The translations under genes and the position numbers were made by a program. Source: Phoronis australis (taxonomy: Eukaryota; Animalia; Phoronida). Taken from it: a DNA stretch of 64,000 bases. Below are positions 60,693 to 64,000 of this stretch, one piece after another (the first letter of the stretch is position 1; every line of letters begins with the position of its first letter). The DNA lies in assembly GCA_002633005.1 (NCBI GenBank), contig NMRA01000011.1:1833275-1897274 (forward strand), read 5' to 3'. The notes beneath the pieces are model-generated. The model did not search any database. It had not been told where the DNA came from and saw only the letters and a program-made list of their open reading frames with translations.

Positions 60693-62091
60693 AGGAGATG
60701 GCAACCTTTTTCCAAGTCATTCTATTAAAAATACGGTTTGCTAATATCCCAGAGGTTTTTCAGTTAATAACGGCTTCCTGTAATTTTATTAATTAGTCGT
60801 GCCTTACTCCGGAAGTGACGTTTAGGGGTTTAAAAAGTTCTGTTGTTTTCATTTTGTCTGACTGCGAGGTGTCGAGTCCGTGATAAGTTTAGTCGTCGTT
60901 TGCGTCTGTTTATGAGTCAGTCAACACGCGCACGGTGGTTGCATACCGGTATGTACTCATTCTAGTCTCACGCGCACTTTGGGTATGCCATTACATCGCT
61001 TTCCAAAGATGACACATTCCGCCGTACTAGGCTCGTTCATGTGAAGAGCACAACGTTACTCGTCCAAGCAACGTACAAAGCACTGGAGAATTACCGAGTG
61101 TGTGGCAACCATTTTCTGTTGTCGAATTACGAAAGAGATATGTACACATAATTGATGAAGGCTCCTGCAAAACAACGCTGTTGATTCCCGTCACCACCAC
61201 CGAAGTGTGCATTTTTGAAGCTAGCTGTGGCCTCTACAGTGACTGAAGCCCCTTCATCTATTGTCACCCGTACCTCCGAACGTACCCCCAGAGAGTGCAA
61301 TTCCGGGAACTAGCAGTAATTTGCCTTGTGCTGGTGTTGTCTCCACCCCATAGCCTGTAAGCAGCCCAGCAGAGATGTCGAGTAGTAAATACAGACCCAG
61401 TTCTACACCCAATGAGGAGAACAGTTCGTCGTCCAGTGAACAGACCGGTGAGCCAAACTTTGCTAAGTTTATTAAGCACTTGACTAAGGTATTGGAGCTA
61501 TTTAGAAGGTGCCAGGTGTGTGGCGAGGGAGTCATACGGCGGGATGTAAGCGGTTTGGGTGCTCAAGTCACCATCCAGATGAAACAGCATAGACATTCCA
61601 TTGAGGTCGGCATAACAGTGAACACCCTTCATTTGGACCAAGACGTCCTACCACGTCTGTCCTCAGTCTTCGCTTCATACCTCTCAACAGCTGTGCGTAT
61701 TCGGCCATACTAAAGTCGGGCTCAAACTTATACATTTATCTACCCACTGAGTGTTCGTGAAAAAACCCTCGTCACTACGTCATTGTGTCTGTCATATGGG
61801 TTGCGAACTCCAGCCCTATATCCAACGTAATTGAGTTCTCTAGCAAACTAGCTTGTCGTGGAATACTCGTCGGTGGGAAATGTGACGGCAAAGTCAGGAG
61901 ACCAGGACGAAAACAGCTGTATAACGCATCCTAACGGTGAACTGAAACGCAGAAAAATGGCGGGAAATTTTTAACACCCTAAACGTCACTTTCGGTGTAG
62001 GGAAGGATAAATTAATAAAATTACGGGAAGCTGTAATTAAATGAAACATGTGTCTGGGTAATCAACAAACCGAATTTTTACTATAAATGAC
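60693..62091 (+). mobile_element. Kolobok deletion derivative, same family as 34430-35487
   Basis: TTAA|aggagatggcaacc; ~130-bp inverted arms (60715-60840 vs 61965-62091); THAP/transposase relic at 60925-61578 (LHRF..; KFIKHLTKVLELFRRCQVCG..GAQVTIQ). Confidence 0.85.
61578..61735 (-). pseudogene. P2X7-C-terminus-like Kolobok accessory gene fragment
   Basis: MYKFEPDF...VGRLGPNEGC / VMPTSMECLCC matches YxFEP...RLG..C..MPTxxECxCC. Confidence 0.7.
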
Positions 62092-62181
62092 ACAGTTAAC
62101 ACAGGTGGGCATAACTCAAGAACACGATAACACCAGCAACTTTGTCAATGAAAACAATAATAGGTATTTTTTATTCCATAG

Positions 62182-62409
62182 GCTCAAGATACTTGTACGA
62201 ATGTTTCATCAACGATGGTATTCCAATTTACCTGATTGTTAGTGGAGTGTTGGCGTTCATTTGCTGTTTGTGTTGGACCATCAAGAAAATGAATGACGAT
62301 GGAAGTTTGCGCATGAATTGGTATTTTGATAACCAGGAAGCAATTGAAAATTTGGAAATGTACCTGGCAATAGCCGTGACTCTGCTGCTGACTGTCTGGG
62401 CAATTGTCG
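62182..62409 (+). CDS. TMEM272: TMEM272-like gene, exon encoding TM2-TM3
   Basis: ttttattccatAG acceptor, GTAAAT donor, 228 bp, phase 1-1; (G)SRYLYECFINDGIPIYLIVSGVLA...LLLTVWAIV(G) matches the family motif GxxYxxxC....IPIYLIVxG...WxIxG. Symbol denotes family, not proven orthology. Confidence 0.8.
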
Positions 62410-64000
62410 GTAAATATGTTTTAATGGTTTTCACAATGATCGAAACAAGCATCGCAATTCTGAATCTATTCAGTACTACAGAAAAAGAACTGTTGACAAT
62501 GAGTGAACAAAATTACTATAGTTGATGCACCTTGAATCGACTTATACAATAGTATGATCTTTATAATCTATTATACTGCGTGTACCAAGATTGAACATAA
62601 ATCTCATTCTTGTGTCAATCTATTTACTATAAGAAAAACAGTTTTGATGTTCACGGTCATTCTCCATTCTGTACAATAATATATAAAACTTACAACATGT
62701 CTTGCAAACTTTTACTTTTTTAAATGCATTGTCGCAAGCCAAACTTGCGCAATGTAGTTATTTACCATAGTTTCTCAAGATCGTTAAAAGCTTTGAATAT
62801 CACCGTAGTTAATGTATTGGGCCATCCCTTATTTGTTTTTAATACACTGTACAGTGATAGCATTCCAATTAACACACTTTCGGGACTCACTGACAGATGA
62901 AACGTCATACATTAATTTTGATGCCATAATATTTTTCAATTTTTTATCTATCAATTCTTGGCTTGTCCCGTTAAATGCCTTTTCAATTCGACAAATGATA
63001 CTAAAAATTGATATACACGTACCTATTAATCTCCTGTCTCAGATTAATGTGGTCAATTATAGGTTTTTAGCACACTATCACCATATAGAAATTCGTTTTG
63101 TTCATAAGTTATCTAGGCCCTAGGAAAATAACTGAGCAGGATCGGTCGATTATCTTTAAGTATCAGTCCATGGATCCACCGACCACAGTACAGCCAACAA
63201 GCGGCAAGGTGGGGGGTCAGCCATTCAGAACCTTGCTTAGTCTAATAAATCACATTAGAGATGAGAGAAAATGGGTGAAGTATGACACCACAGAGTTTGG
63301 TGGTTTGGGAGATACTAGAGTATTCTTCTGGGGGGCAAATGAAGCAATTTCTTGATGCGGAAAGACCAATTTTAACTACAATTTCTACTGTAGTTTCTGC
63401 TTCAAACAGAATCTTTTCTCAATAATTTTGATGTCACATGATAGGTTTGTAACCAATGTAACCAAAAACCGCACCGACACTAAAACATGGGTTACCATGG
63501 TAACACTGGAAGTGTTTCCGTGGAGGTACATTTCATGCTTGTGAAAAACCAGCAGTAAGTTATACCCTTATAGCGAAGCTGTCCCCACGAGAAAACTGAA
63601 AATGATAACAAGGGTATGTAAAAGACTCCATGCCCTTGAAGGTAATACGAAAAAACTTTGTCAGCCCTTCATGCAGGCTTGGTATTAGTTGTCTGAATTT
63701 CACTATTTTCAGGCCGCTCATTTGTGTATTTGTCGTGTCAAACCAGTCACAAGTTGTGCGCCGTTTGTACGCAATAAAATGCCATGGTATAATACAACAA
63801 TTAACTGAATGGGACTATTCGGAGAATTCTCCTCGCGGTGTCGCTGCTTTACTAGTGGTGATTGAATTGCGCATGCGTGGCTGTCTGCATGTAAACAACT
63901 GGTAAAAGATGGAATTTGTATCAAAATACGTCGTCGCGCTAAGCCTTATTACTGCTAATTTCCCTGGTGCAAGTCTTCGACAGGTGGCCACAAATTCGTA

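Noticed and set aside
63713-63777. Candidate last exon of the TMEM272-like gene (ttttcag|GRSFVYLSCQ...)
   Set aside because: Stops after about 21 codons and lacks the expected YC..LYxFAF fourth TM segment; the true exon probably lies beyond the window.

Overview
AT-rich, repeat-dense eukaryotic DNA, most consistent with a marine invertebrate animal (inference from the TE families and intron style), with a 663-bp assembly gap (47912-48574). Most of the window appears to be intronic sequence of one + strand host gene encoding a TMEM272-like multipass membrane protein. Five candidate phase-1/phase-1 exons splice in frame: 630-656, 8397-8423, 10078-10149, 46568-46651 and 62182-62409. The first two are 27-bp microexons carried on a tandemly duplicated ~950-bp unit. 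The introns hold decayed, often nested transposons: a Harbinger containing a TTAA (Sola3-like) element, an ISL2EU element (THAP gene plus SWIM/YqaJ-type gene), three Kolobok relics (THAP transposase, two also with a convergent P2X7-C-terminus-like gene), two Penelope elements with inverted pLTRs and hammerhead motifs, a 6-bp-TSD TG...CA element, and Academ/RecQ, Helitron, HIRAN, KDZ-like, CR1, HINE, Crypton-type, MITE and tRNA-derived relics. No intact TE ORF, RNA gene or CRISPR array was seen. All family calls come from manual motif recognition, not database searches.
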